The notes: generated by a model not told the origin, from the sequence alone. Shown: positions 9,753 through 21,157, counted from the first letter of the stretch. The stretch is DNA of 64,000 nucleotides from Candidatus Cloacimonadaceae bacterium (GCA_942491655.1 CALOBL010000013.1:7661-71660); one strand, 5' to 3'. Made by a program: numbers and translations.

Positions 9753-12128
9753 ATGAAAAAATTGTTATTAATATTTATTTTAGTTTCATCTCTCTCATTA
9801 TTTGCCCAAAACGTCGGCATTAATTCTGATGGTTCGGCACCAGATGCTTCCGCAATGCTCGATATTAAATCAACAACCAAAGGTTTTCTAGCACCCCGAA
9901 TGACAGCTGCTGCAGCGTTTGGCTATTAACAATCCAGATCTCCTGCAACAGGACTGCTTGGTTTATCAGACAGATGAAACACCAGGTTATTATTATTTTA
10001 ACGGTTCTGTTTGGGTCCAGATAGGTGATGCGTCCGGTTCGAGCCAATGGACTAGCACCTGGAAGCGATATTTATTATAATTCCGGAAACGTCGGCATTG
10101 GGACAAATGAGCCTGATTTCTCATTACATTTGAGATCTTCCACTCCTTATTTAGCATTTCAGGATACTGACGACCCAAATGGCAGTATCGGAACTATTAC
10201 TCAATATCAGGATGGGGGTATATATCTGGATGCAAATTTCAATAATACTGCTACGACTGGAAGTTTTTTATTCAGAGCAAACGGTGGTGTTGACACCAGA
10301 ATGGTTATTAGTAATTCCGGCAATGTCGGCATCGGAACAACAAGTCCAGATTACAAATTAGAAGTAAATGGTAATATCAAAGCAAGTCACTTTGGGCTTG
10401 ATGCAACAGGCTATTTTCAAAAGCAAACAATTGATGGAAGCACTGAAGATATTGTTATTGCTTGTGATGCTAATGATTTTTTCTTTTATGAACGTGAAAA
10501 TAATTTTTACCAGTTTAATATAGGTGGAGCAGCGAAACTGCGTATTCAAGCAAATGGCAATGTCGGCATCGGGACAATGACACCAGACGCTCCATTGCAT
10601 GTAAATGGAGCTGTTGGAATGTAATGCCGCAGCAACGTACTTTAATGGAGGTTCAAGTGGTTTCTTTACTGGCAATACTGATTTTAATGTGTCTATACAT
10701 GCCAGTCATGGTATCTTGACAAATGGTACATTTATAGCAACCTCCGACAAAAGGGTAAAAGAAAATATTACAGAGCTGCATCATTCTTTAGATTTGATAG
10801 GCAGGCTAAGACCTGTTTCCTATAACAAGATAGATAGAGTGAGTTACGGCGATCGACTGAATTATGGGTTTATCGCGCAGGAAGTGGAAGAAGTCATTCC
10901 GGTGGCAGTGAATACAGGAAAAGGCGAAGTGCCGGTACTCCAACCATTTGAAAAGGTAAGCTTCGAAGACGGTGTAAGCTATACCCTTCTGGTAAAAAAC
11001 GGTGACGATATCAAAGAGCAAACCTACACAAAAGGTGATGCAAGGCCGGAAGGTGAAATCATCGTGAAATCAAAAACCGGTGGAAGAGTTTTTGGCAATT
11101 CAGGTTCAATTACTGCAACTTGCATTCTGGATGGATCTTCTTCCCGGCTTACAGAAAATGTAGGAGGACTTGGTGCTGAGATCACTACTTCCGCTGATAT
11201 GGGCGAAACTACAGTCACTAGAGGTCATACAGCTCAGACTGGAAACGGTCAAGCTGGAATTTTAAGATACTACGACATAACACCTACAAATAATGAATCA
11301 CTAGATGCAACTCTTGTTTTCCATTATAATGATGAAGATATTTCAGGTTTCAGTGAATCTGATCTTTCGCTTTGGAGATCTGAAGATGAAGGCAATAACT
11401 GGTCTTTAGAGGGAGGTATTGTTACCACTTCCAATAATACTATAACTTTAAGCAACATAGATTCCTTTTCGCGCTGGACTGCTTCCGATGGTGAGAATCC
11501 TCTTCCGATAACTCTCTCCTCCTTCACATCCCAGTTCGTTAATGGATCAGCAGTTCTGCAGTGGATTACGCTTTCTGAATTCAACAATTTAGGCTGGAGC
11601 GTTTACCGTTCCTATAGTGATGATCTTGCAGAAGCTTCCCTCTTAAATTATGAGCTGATACCGGGAGCAGGTACAACAAGCGAGATAACAGAGTATACTT
11701 ACGAAGATTTAAGTGACTTCTCCCCCACAACAACTTATTGGTACTGGCTAGAAAATGTTGAAGCCAATGGAGAGACTTCTCAATATGGTCCCATCTCCTT
11801 AACTACGCCAGAAGAACCTGAAGATCCTCAAACACCTGATATCCCTGTAGAGTTTGGTTTGTACCAGAATTATCCAAATCCTTTCAATCCGGAGACGAAG
11901 ATCAGTTTTGCTTTAAAGGAAGCAGGAGATTGTGAATTATTTATTTACAATATTAAAGGTGAGAAAGTCAGGCAACTTTTCCAAGGGTCAACAGAAGAGA
12001 ACCGTATCTACAATTTCAGCTGGGACGGTAAAGATAATGCTGGCAAAGAAGTTAATTCCGGGATGTATTTTTATCAAATCAAAGCCGGGAAATATACTGA
12101 AACGAAGAAGATGCTCTTGTTGAGGTGA
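9753..12128 (+). pseudogene. Decayed, chimeric paralogue: tail-fibre/S74 N-terminal part fused to the adhesin C-terminal blocks and T9SS CTD
   Basis: Starts MKKLLLIFILVSSLSLFAQNVGINSDG..., paralogous to 8295. Aligning its DNA with 8440-8650 shows indels at about 9912, 9935-9960 and 10045. Another shift at about 10615 joins ORF 10025-10624 to ORF 10605-12128. An S74 motif (SDKRVKENI...GFIAQEVEEVIP) sits mid-protein. It is followed by blocks homologous to 6176-6559 and 7438-8067. Confidence 0.7.
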
Positions 12129-12555
12129 TGCTGGGTACTGGGTGTCCAACTACGCTGAAGCTTCGATGGACAAACTGGACTTGCTTCACGGTGAATGAAA
12201 TGAGTGTGAAGCGGGGACTGTCGGATTGCAAGTTTCTCGCAGAGTCCGCAGAGTTCAGCTCACAGATTGACACAGATTTAGGCAGTTTAATGATGAGGTG
12301 AGAGTGAAAGGGTCAAAAGGAATAGAGTATAGAGGGTAGGTAGAAGGTAGAAAAATAGAAACAGAAAGACGGAAAACAAAAGAATACCCTTGCGTTCTTC
12401 GCGAACTTAGCGGTGAAAAAAAATCTCAGTGCTCTCCGTATGCTCTGTGGTGAGAATTCTTCTTTCTCAACCTCAACTTCACCAAGCTTTTAGATTGACA
12501 ATATTTTATCCTGAGAACTTGTTAAATTCAACATATTTTAAAAAAGGGGGAAATC

Positions 12556-14766
12556 GTGAAAAGACAAGTTTTAATTTTACTTTTATTATTTTCTTTTGTT
12601 TTATTAACTGCAGCTGATAATAAACAGCTAACCGGGATTACTAAAGATTTTATATTCAAAGGGGGCTTGCCGGCCAATAACCAGCCGGAGGTCAGAGAAC
12701 AGGATCCGCCGCCAAATTATTCTTTCATAAACAATGGTGCCGGAGATGCAACTACATACCTTTATGATTCTTATTTTGATTACATGCCTTATAGCTATAA
12801 TGGTCACAACGTAAGACTGCAGCCTGAGATTTCCATGCCTTACGGATACAGCGCTGGCGGTATTTACATCGCTTTCCATGTATCCGAAACTCCTTCCACA
12901 GGAACGGATAGAAGAATCTTTAACAGTTACCTGAATCCGGATGGAACTTTATTCGGAACTTCTGCCACCAATAATTATGACGTGGTCAGAGAAGGATACC
13001 CGTCTTTAGATATTGATCCTGTTACAGCTAATCCCATTTTCGGCTGGCACTTTACTGACGATGATGGAACCTGGGATATCTGTATAACTTACGATAACTT
13101 TCACTTAACCGGCGCAACCGGTTACTGGAAGGAGCCCTGGACCCTTATAGACAGCCCTTCCACCAGCGAACCACTGACAGGACATAGTGATGATGAATAT
13201 CTCTGGCCTATTGTCATGATCTCGGACTCTCCCAACGAAGGTTACCGAAGAGTGCATATGTACTGTAACAACTGGACAGCTAACGATCAGGGCACATTCG
13301 GTTATAACAGTTTATATTGTAATGCTGATTTTAATGCTAATGATATGCTGTTCGAATCTGAATTTGACTGGAATATCCAGACCTTTCCATACATGGATTA
13401 CATAAATTATAACGGTTTGGGCAGAGTTAACAAAGACATGGTAGTTTCAGGCAACAAGGTCGCCTTTTTTGGAAATTTAAGAGATTCATTATTCTGTTTA
13501 TTAAGTGAAGATTACGGTGAAACTTTCACCTGGTACAAGGAAGAGTATAAAATACCTGAGGAGAATCCATTACAGCAGGATGGAAGTTATGAATTCCTGG
13601 ATACTGACGAGACCACACCTTCAGAAATGTACTGGGTAACAACCGGTGACGGCAGTCATCACAATGGTGAATTTATTGATAACGACACCAAGGTGATATG
13701 GATGTCTGGTATAAACCTTAATACTCAGGAAAACATGGACCAGGATCTTTACATGGCTGCTTATTTCTATCCCAAAATATTTACTTTCGATATTGAGACG
13801 CAGGAATTTCATATTTATGATATGGATATTCAGGGAACAGATCCGGCTGATGATATTCCCTGCACACCCTGGGATCTGGATGAAGATGGTGAAGTGGACG
13901 AATACTATGATGATGGCTCAGTTTATATTCCTTTAAGTATGTCTACCTGGTTCTTCAATACTGATCAGGGTTACCAGGATGGTTTCTTTCACGAATCCAA
14001 TTTCCGGATAAGCAAGAATGGAAACTGGATCGTGGCCGGCTGGCATGATGCCAAAAAACTAAGAATGGCTTATTTTGAAGAAGAGGGTTACGACGGCTGG
14101 TTCAAACAACCTGAAATGTGTTTCTCGATTTCTGATGATTTCGGGGAAACCTGGTCCGATCCTTTAATAATCAACGCCAATCCCAATGATAATGTAGTTG
14201 ATGAAGTAAATCACTACGAAAATCATTTCGCGCCGGAACTGGACGGGATGCTGCCGGTTGATATTACATTCGGAGAAGAGTTGGAAGTTATCAGCAATGA
14301 ACCCGGAAATTACCATGCCAAACTGCATATCGCTTTCTTTGATGATAATGATTACGGCGGTGCTGCCGGGTCAACAACAGGCAGCGGTGTGTTGAATGGG
14401 GGCAAATTAAGGTATATGGCCCTGGATCTGGAATTCCAGGAACCCTGGATGGACCCCATAGATGCTGACGATAACACTGTAACTCCTTCGAATGTTCATT
14501 TACGTCAGAATTACCCGAATCCTTTTAATCCGGAAACCAGGATTCAATATTCTCTGGAAGAAGCTACCAACCTTACTCTCGAGATCTATAATGTGAAAGG
14601 CCAGAAGATCAGAACTCTTATTAAGGAACACCAGCTTCCTGGAGAACATGAAACGATCTGGAATGGAACTGACGATAATAATATACCTGTTTCAAGTGGT
14701 GTATATTTCTACAAGGTCAGTACAGATCATACTAATAAAAGCAGAAAGATGGTTTTACTGAAATAA
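12556..14766 (+). CDS. Secreted BNR/Asp-box repeat protein with T9SS CTD
   Basis: GTG start after AGGGGG, signal peptide, two Asp-box motifs (SEDYGETFTW, SDDFGETWSD), and a C-terminal NYPNPFNPETRIQYSL...GVYFYKV...RKMVLLK. Confidence 0.7.
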   Translation: MKRQVLILLLLFSFVLLTAADNKQLTGITKDFIFKGGLPANNQPEVREQDPPPNYSFINNGAGDATTYLYDSYFDYMPYSYNGHNVRLQPEISMPYGYSAGGIYIAFHVSETPSTGTDRRIFNSYLNPDGTLFGTSATNNYDVVREGYPSLDIDPVTANPIFGWHFTDDDGTWDICITYDNFHLTGATGYWKEPWTLIDSPSTSEPLTGHSDDEYLWPIVMISDSPNEGYRRVHMYCNNWTANDQGTFGYNSLYCNADFNANDMLFESEFDWNIQTFPYMDYINYNGLGRVNKDMVVSGNKVAFFGNLRDSLFCLLSEDYGETFTWYKEEYKIPEENPLQQDGSYEFLDTDETTPSEMYWVTTGDGSHHNGEFIDNDTKVIWMSGINLNTQENMDQDLYMAAYFYPKIFTFDIETQEFHIYDMDIQGTDPADDIPCTPWDLDEDGEVDEYYDDGSVYIPLSMSTWFFNTDQGYQDGFFHESNFRISKNGNWIVAGWHDAKKLRMAYFEEEGYDGWFKQPEMCFSISDDFGETWSDPLIINANPNDNVVDEVNHYENHFAPELDGMLPVDITFGEELEVISNEPGNYHAKLHIAFFDDNDYGGAAGSTTGSGVLNGGKLRYMALDLEFQEPWMDPIDADDNTVTPSNVHLRQNYPNPFNPETRIQYSLEEATNLTLEIYNVKGQKIRTLIKEHQLPGEHETIWNGTDDNNIPVSSGVYFYKVSTDHTNKSRKMVLLK

Positions 14767-14810
14767 TTTTGAGATGCAATAACTCTTAACATATAAAAAA
14801 GATGAACTCC

Positions 14811-14839
14811 AGCCCTGTCAGATTTTGACAGGGCTTTTT
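14811..14839 (+). terminator. Rho-independent terminator
   Basis: Perfect 10-bp stem agccctgtca/tgacagggct with a 5-nt loop and a T-run. Confidence 0.8.
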
Positions 14840-14927
14840 AAAAAAACCAAAATTATTGCTTTACAGAATCAGCTACCGGAAATGATTCAGCATTAGATTT
14901 CATAAAAATTAATTTCTGGAGGAAACT

Positions 14928-15995
14928 ATGAAAAGCAGGCATCTATTAACTTTCGTTTTTTTATTATCTCTGGTTCTTACTACCAGTTGTTCCAGCAGCA
15001 GCAGCAACAATGATGATAATAACAACGCATTTCACGGTGTTCAACTGAACACTAACCCGGCTGGAGCCACAATCTATCTGGATGGAACTAATTTATTTCT
15101 TTTAACTCCCGCCTTAATCGATCAGGAACTGATAATTGATGGAGAACATCATATCAGGCTTTACCTGGACACTTTTAATGAGATCAACATGACCTTTACT
15201 TTTGAAGAAGGCGATGGATTGACATTTGAAGAAGATTTCAATGTCCCTCAACCTCCTTTACCAGTCTTCGATATAACAGCACCAATTGATCTTCAGGGAT
15301 TTGATGATAATGTTATACAACTACAGGGAACGATAGCTCTGGAAGACAGTTCTCCTTTCCTGGGAGATAATGCAATACTCAATCTTAATGGAATGGACTG
15401 GCTGATCAACGTATATGATGGCGTGTTTAACGAATATGTTTCCATTTCTTCAGGAACCAACCTTTTATGGATGCGTGCTAACAGCGAAAATGGGGACACA
15501 GGTGTAAGTGAATTGCTAACTGTTTATGGTAACTTCGAAGCCCCCGGCATTGAGGTCGTTCTGTTCTGGAATACACCGACATCAGATATGGACCTTCATG
15601 TCTGGAACCCGTTGGGAGAACATTGTTCTTATGAGAATTATTTTATTAGCGACGGATCGCTGGACATAGATGATACAGAAGGATATGGACCGGAAACATT
15701 TACTGCTTTAAATGCATTGGACGGAACTTATACCGTTATGATAAATAGTTTTTCTCTGGATGCAGATGCCTATACTGATGCGACTGTTCAGTTGTTCTTT
15801 GATGGAGGTTTGTATAATACTTACGGTCCTCATCATTTTTCAACTTATGATTATAATGGTGAAGATCCTGCTTCCTGGTGGGATGTTGTGGAATTCACTG
15901 TTAATGCAGGTCGTGTTACCAGAAATCTACAACCAGTTTCGGAAGAGATAAGAGCTAAGATAATAGCAGACATGAAAAACCTGGCTGCAAAATAA
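14928..15995 (+). CDS. Lipoprotein with PEGA-like and DUF2135 (YfaP-like) domains
   Basis: Lipobox LTTSC; NPAGATIYLDG (PEGA-like); VVLFWNTPTSDMDLHVWNPLGEHCSY...DDTEGYGPETF matches the DUF2135 signature. Confidence 0.6.
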   Translation: MKSRHLLTFVFLLSLVLTTSCSSSSSNNDDNNNAFHGVQLNTNPAGATIYLDGTNLFLLTPALIDQELIIDGEHHIRLYLDTFNEINMTFTFEEGDGLTFEEDFNVPQPPLPVFDITAPIDLQGFDDNVIQLQGTIALEDSSPFLGDNAILNLNGMDWLINVYDGVFNEYVSISSGTNLLWMRANSENGDTGVSELLTVYGNFEAPGIEVVLFWNTPTSDMDLHVWNPLGEHCSYENYFISDGSLDIDDTEGYGPETFTALNALDGTYTVMINSFSLDADAYTDATVQLFFDGGLYNTYGPHHFSTYDYNGEDPASWWDVVEFTVNAGRVTRNLQPVSEEIRAKIIADMKNLAAK

Positions 15996-16014
15996 TAGAT
16001 CAATTATATCAACA

Positions 16015-16049
16015 AAGCCTTCCTGGCAAACTACAGGAAGGCTTTTTTT
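16015..16049 (+). terminator. Rho-independent terminator
   Basis: 11-bp perfect stem aagccttcctg/caggaaggctt followed by a T-run. Confidence 0.8.
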
Positions 16050-16201
16050 ATTAGTATATTTCACACCTGCAGAAACAATTTCCCTTAATTTAAAAAGACA
16101 GCAGCTAATTAGAATCTGCCATCAATCGTTATGGCCTGCAAATTCATAATTCTTGACTAATCATAAACAGTAAATCTGATTTAGATAAGTAAGGAGGGAG
16201 G

Positions 16202-17035
16202 ATGGAAGAACAGTTCAAATATAGAAAACACATTAAATATGTCAGGAACTTCACTGCGATATTATTAGCATTGATGATCATTACGGTCTGGCTCATAAGT
16301 TTTCTGGCCGGGCTGCCGACTGCCGGAATTTTCGCCCTGGTTATTTTTTCCATGATCTTCCTGATAGAATTATTATTTATCTGGATATTCTTGAGCAGGT
16401 TCATCAAAGTAAGAATCATTTTAACTGATGATTCAATTATTTATAAGAACCATAAAGGCAGTTCCATAATAGGTTATCCGGATATCACAAAGATCGGATT
16501 TTCTGCCATCAAATACACGGGCGGCTGGATAAAGATCGAATCACCTCAGAAGAAAATAAGATTAACAGTAGCGGTGAAGAATATCCAAAGACTGGTAATG
16601 CTTTTAAAAAAGCATCTTGATGATCAGGGACTTTCTCATCTTTATAATGATAAGAAACTGTTCAGCTTTCTTAAAACAGGAGCATTTTCTGATGAAAGCT
16701 GGCAAAGAGTATATCAATATTGGTTAAAACTTTTAATAATAACAGTAAGCATAACTCTGGTATCTGTCCTGATCAGCCTGATAAGCGGTTTTTCCTTTGC
16801 CCGAGGATTTTTCTTATGTTTTTTAACCTACCTGCTTCCTATAATTTTATATCTGATCACCGAATTCATCTTCGGTCGCCGTATAGCAAAAGTATCTGAT
16901 TTTGAGACATTTTACGTTCCGGAACGTGATGAAGAATATGAAAGATCAATTTTCCGCAAAGCCATTAACTGGGGTTTCGCTGTTTACGTTCTGCTGCTCC
17001 TGCTGGCATTTATGCTGAAGATGCCCGTAAATTAA
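16202..17035 (+). CDS. Hypothetical polytopic membrane protein
   Basis: Strong RBS (AAGGAGGGAGG). Hydrophobic helices at both ends with a soluble central segment. No family recognised. Confidence 0.5.
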   Translation: MEEQFKYRKHIKYVRNFTAILLALMIITVWLISFLAGLPTAGIFALVIFSMIFLIELLFIWIFLSRFIKVRIILTDDSIIYKNHKGSSIIGYPDITKIGFSAIKYTGGWIKIESPQKKIRLTVAVKNIQRLVMLLKKHLDDQGLSHLYNDKKLFSFLKTGAFSDESWQRVYQYWLKLLIITVSITLVSVLISLISGFSFARGFFLCFLTYLLPIILYLITEFIFGRRIAKVSDFETFYVPERDEEYERSIFRKAINWGFAVYVLLLLLAFMLKMPVN

Positions 17036-17532
17036 AAAGGTTGAAACCTGTTCTCGGTCCAGAAATATTGCTCTGCTTCTTTCTGGATCTGCAGGATCTC
17101 ATCGTAATGCCTGGATTCCCACTGGTGCATTTTTTTAAAGAATTGTTTTAATTCCGGACGTTCAGTTGTCTCATAACATTTCCAATAATGATCCATAGCA
17201 TTTTTTTCCAATAGAGCGGCTGTAGACATACTGGAGAAAAGGATCTGTTTTTCAGCTATTCGTTTTATGAACTCATCGCTGATCTGAGGACTTATTGCTT
17301 CATTACCGGACTGCAGGTCGGCAAAATCAGTCAATTGACTATCATCAGAAATTTCCTTGTAATACTGTAATAAATAGTTGTAATGTGATTTTTCTTCTTC
17401 TACTCTTTCCCGCAGGAAATCTATCACCGCCTGATCATCTGCGTTTTTTAAGGCAGCTCCATAGAGGTTTACGCTGTCCAATTCACCCTTCATGCCGTCT
17501 TTTAATGCTTTCAGTAAATCCTGTTTTTTCAT
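17032..17532 (-). CDS. Ferritin-like / rubrerythrin-family four-helix-bundle protein
   Basis: AAGGAG RBS. E..H-type motifs (EEEKSHYNYL, WESRHYDEI) typical of ferritin-like di-iron folds. Overlaps the convergent upstream gene by 4 nt. Confidence 0.5.
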   Translation of the reverse strand: MKKQDLLKALKDGMKGELDSVNLYGAALKNADDQAVIDFLRERVEEEKSHYNYLLQYYKEISDDSQLTDFADLQSGNEAISPQISDEFIKRIAEKQILFSSMSTAALLEKNAMDHYWKCYETTERPELKQFFKKMHQWESRHYDEILQIQKEAEQYFWTENRFQPF

Positions 17533-17815
17533 AATCTGCTCCTTTTGATATGCTATTCTATAATAAATCTATAAACTTTTTCTGATGTATGTCCAGTTAT
17601 TTATTTTCATGACAATACTTATTATGTTGAAGCAAACAATTCCATCTTACCGGTAAATTTTTTTCCTAATACATTCTGTGAAATATTTCATGCAGGCAAA
17701 GTTATAGAAAAACAATAAATATAATTGACTAAAATAATATCCGCTTGAAGCTTGTATGATATAAATTATAGGTTTAGTATATAAACTTTGGCAGGAAACC
17801 CTACAGGAACGTAAA

Positions 17816-20800
17816 TTGAAAACTGAGAAAAAACAGTCGGACATAATGGTAGAATTGAACCATTATCAGAATGCGAATAGCGAAAATTCAGATGTTAGTA
17901 TCGATGAGTTGTTTCTAGCATTCTGCAAAGCTTTTGATCCTGAATTAATAATTTCCGCAGCAGACAGTAACTTTATTGATTTTCTCCGTTTTTCAGAATT
18001 TTCAGAAAAAATGAATTCTGAGAACAGGTTTTATTTCTTCGATCTAGTAGCAAAGATCTTCTGGTTACTGGGTAATTTAGAGCAGGTCACTTACTACCTG
18101 AAGAAATCTTTTGAAATAGGATTGGATACAACTTCAAGTAATTTGAATGAAGGATTTTATTATTTCCTGAGTTCAGATTTTAACAAAGCAAAAAAAGTAT
18201 TGAAAAACCTTCCGGAAGATGCGGCAGAATCGAAGATCCTGCAAGTACTCCTTTTTACAGAGTCAGGAGAGTTCACCTCATATTTGGAATCACTTCTGGA
18301 ATTAGAAGCAGATATTTTTAAGGATATCAGGTTTAGCTGGAATGTTTGTGAAACTGCGGAAAGACTTAATTTGGATCAGCTTCACAGAGAGTATCTCTAT
18401 AAAGTTTCAGAGATCAAGAGGAAATCACCTGCTAACTCGTATAAAATTGCTCAGATCCTCTTTGAAAAAGTGAAGAACAGTAATCTATTCGATCCTGATT
18501 ACATTTCCAATAACGAGATGGAAGATCTGCAGAAGGCTGCTAACCTCTTCGAAATGCTGGTTACAGATCCAGCTGTCCACCAGGGTTGTTTAGCTAAGAT
18601 CCAGACCTCATTAACAGAGATCTGTAATTATACCGGGCAATATGAGAAGTCACTGCATTATTTCAATGAGATTGATACCCGGCTTTTGGATCGCGGGAAA
18701 CAGTTATTTAAAATAAACCTCCTGTTAAAGTTAGATAAAGTTCCTGAGGCGGAAAGAGAAGTGGATAAGCTGCTAAAAACAGATCCCAAGGATTCTGACC
18801 TGATCGCATTAAAGGGTGATATTTATTTAAGAACAGGGAAATATGAAAGTGCTCTGGGAATTTGTGGAACAGGGCTGAAATTCTCCAGCACTGGGATACA
18901 TAGAGGTCTTATTTCAGGTAAAGCAAGAGCCCTTTATTTTTTAAAAAGCAGCACAGAAACCGAAGATTTTCTTCTGGAGATATTTGAAGAAACTCATGAT
19001 ATTTATTACATAATAAATCTGCTTTATATTAATCGCAGATATATAAGTTTAAGAAAAGTAGCCAAATTATATGTGACTTACATAAGCAAAGAGCTTAAAT
19101 CTCTGGACAGAGCTCAGATCAACCGTCTGGCCATGTTCATGTATAATTTCCCGTTTTATGAATTAACCGCCAAATTGCTGGCTTCGATATATTTTCCTCA
19201 AATAAATACAGAACTGGCTGAAGCCTATATAATCTCGCTGAATAAAACAGATAAGAAAATGCATGCCCTGAAATTTGCGCAGGAGATCAGGATAACCGGG
19301 AAAAATGAGGACCTGATTCCCCTCGAAAGCTTCCTGCTGGAAGATACAGGTCATCTGGATTATGCATTGAAAATATCCGGGATGTACTACCAAAAGACGA
19401 AAAATCAGCTTTCAGCTGTAAATTACTGCAAATATCTTCTAAAAAGTAATAAGCTAGAAGCTGCCAGAAAGTTACTGGACACAATCAGTGATATCTCAGT
19501 TCTTCCCAATTCTGTAATGGATCAATACATTTATTGCCTTATTAAATCAGGTGAAAATATCAAAGCATTTGAGATCCTTGATAATTATTGTGAAACCAGA
19601 AAAGATCACGATGATATCTGTAACTACTTCATCAGCAGGTTCTTCATCGTTTCCAGACTGCCGGAAGTTGATGAATATCTGCGGGGATTCAGGGCTAAAA
19701 TCCAGAAAGATTCAGGGTTAATTCTGAGAAATGACGAGAATGAATCTGTATATTTTGTTATAAATGGAAGTTTCAGCCTACCAGACAGCATTTATTCCCC
19801 GGAAGAAGAGTTTTTAGAAGAGCTTCTGGAAAAGAAATTGGATGATGCGGTTCTGCTGGAGCAGAATAATTCCGAAAAATTATTTAGGATCGTCGAAATA
19901 ATGCATAGATCCGTTCTGAAGTGGAAGATCCTGACTATGACTGAAAAAAAACTAGAAGTAAGACAGGAATTCGGACAACAAGAGCGGGAAAAGATACAAA
20001 TTGAAGAGATCGAAGAGATCTTCGGTAAAGGGGCTCAATTATTATCTGATTTCACTTTTGAGCAATGCGTTTTTTCAGACATGTATTCCTTACGAAAGGT
20101 TAATTTCGGTATCCTTTCCACTTTGAAGAATGTAAATCTGGTCAACACTATTTTCCACACTATGTTCAAACCTGAGATCAGATACCAGGCAATCAGAGAA
20201 AATAATATTAAATTTACCAAAGCCCGGCAGGATCTGGAAGAGACGGACATGATCATGATCGATATTACCGGCTGTATTATGTTAACACATCTTGATCTCT
20301 GGCGGGAGGCAGCACATTGTTTTAAAAGGATCTATGTAGCCAAAAGTACAATAAATCTGCTGGAAGCTTCGATTAGAGGCAATGCAAAAAAATTGGGAGA
20401 AAGTTTCGGGGCGATTGGTCTGACCGGAAACATAATTAATTTTATTACTACTGCAAAAATACAGGAAGATAACTGGCAGAAGAACATATATATGATCATA
20501 ACCCTGATCGAAAGGAACTGCATTGTAATTGAGGAATCGAGCAAATTCAACCTGGGTCCCTACAAGGAAAAACTTAAAGGATTAAATACCAGATTAAGAA
20601 GTGCTGAAGGTAATAGTTTTACAGATTCCATGGCTATAGCTCACCTTTATCATGCAACCTATTACACTGATGATGAGGTGATGCGGAATATCGCCGGAGA
20701 ATCCGGACTGACCACTATCTGGAGTCAACCTTTAATGGCTTATCTGTTTAAAAAGAAGATCATATCTTTAGATAAATATTTCCTGTTAACTACTGAATTG

Positions 20801-21157
20801 CTAAATATTAATTACGGATTTGTCTTTCTCACTATTCCTATTCTGGTTAAAGCAATTAAGAACAGCTCTTTCAAACTGGATACTACCATGATCCATTATC
20901 TGGATTGTTTTTTTCAATCAGATTTTAATTATATATCCAATATCGGTAGCTGGTTCTTGTACTATGCCATCAAATCATTCCCCATGTTCTTGGAATCTAA
21001 CGATCTGATCATGGCTTTTTTCAACAGGTTTTACTCTAAAACCAAAGATCTTGATAAATTGAAAGAATTCATCAATCTGATCTATAAAAGAACCAGTAAT
21101 GTTGAAATATCCAATCTGCTGCTGACGAATTTTATAAAGTTCAAGAAATATTATTAA
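17816..21157 (+). CDS. Large cytoplasmic TPR-repeat protein with a possible C-terminal PIN-like nuclease domain
   Basis: 1113-aa intact ORF with no signal peptide and TPR-like helical repeats. C-terminal acidic pattern MIMIDITG ... LLEASIRG ... SFTDSMAIAHLY ... YYTDDEVMRNIA resembles the four PIN acidic positions. Start is uncertain (TTG 17816 or ATG 17846). Confidence 0.55.
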   Translation: MKTEKKQSDIMVELNHYQNANSENSDVSIDELFLAFCKAFDPELIISAADSNFIDFLRFSEFSEKMNSENRFYFFDLVAKIFWLLGNLEQVTYYLKKSFEIGLDTTSSNLNEGFYYFLSSDFNKAKKVLKNLPEDAAESKILQVLLFTESGEFTSYLESLLELEADIFKDIRFSWNVCETAERLNLDQLHREYLYKVSEIKRKSPANSYKIAQILFEKVKNSNLFDPDYISNNEMEDLQKAANLFEMLVTDPAVHQGCLAKIQTSLTEICNYTGQYEKSLHYFNEIDTRLLDRGKQLFKINLLLKLDKVPEAEREVDKLLKTDPKDSDLIALKGDIYLRTGKYESALGICGTGLKFSSTGIHRGLISGKARALYFLKSSTETEDFLLEIFEETHDIYYIINLLYINRRYISLRKVAKLYVTYISKELKSLDRAQINRLAMFMYNFPFYELTAKLLASIYFPQINTELAEAYIISLNKTDKKMHALKFAQEIRITGKNEDLIPLESFLLEDTGHLDYALKISGMYYQKTKNQLSAVNYCKYLLKSNKLEAARKLLDTISDISVLPNSVMDQYIYCLIKSGENIKAFEILDNYCETRKDHDDICNYFISRFFIVSRLPEVDEYLRGFRAKIQKDSGLILRNDENESVYFVINGSFSLPDSIYSPEEEFLEELLEKKLDDAVLLEQNNSEKLFRIVEIMHRSVLKWKILTMTEKKLEVRQEFGQQEREKIQIEEIEEIFGKGAQLLSDFTFEQCVFSDMYSLRKVNFGILSTLKNVNLVNTIFHTMFKPEIRYQAIRENNIKFTKARQDLEETDMIMIDITGCIMLTHLDLWREAAHCFKRIYVAKSTINLLEASIRGNAKKLGESFGAIGLTGNIINFITTAKIQEDNWQKNIYMIITLIERNCIVIEESSKFNLGPYKEKLKGLNTRLRSAEGNSFTDSMAIAHLYHATYYTDDEVMRNIAGESGLTTIWSQPLMAYLFKKKIISLDKYFLLTTELLNINYGFVFLTIPILVKAIKNSSFKLDTTMIHYLDCFFQSDFNYISNIGSWFLYYAIKSFPMFLESNDLIMAFFNRFYSKTKDLDKLKEFINLIYKRTSNVEISNLLLTNFIKFKKYY

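Noticed and set aside
8295-12128. Prophage or tailocin, because of the tail-fibre/S74 domains
   Set aside because: No capsid, terminase, portal, sheath, baseplate, lysis or integrase genes lie nearby. The proteins have signal peptides and one carries a T9SS tail, so they look like cellular surface proteins.
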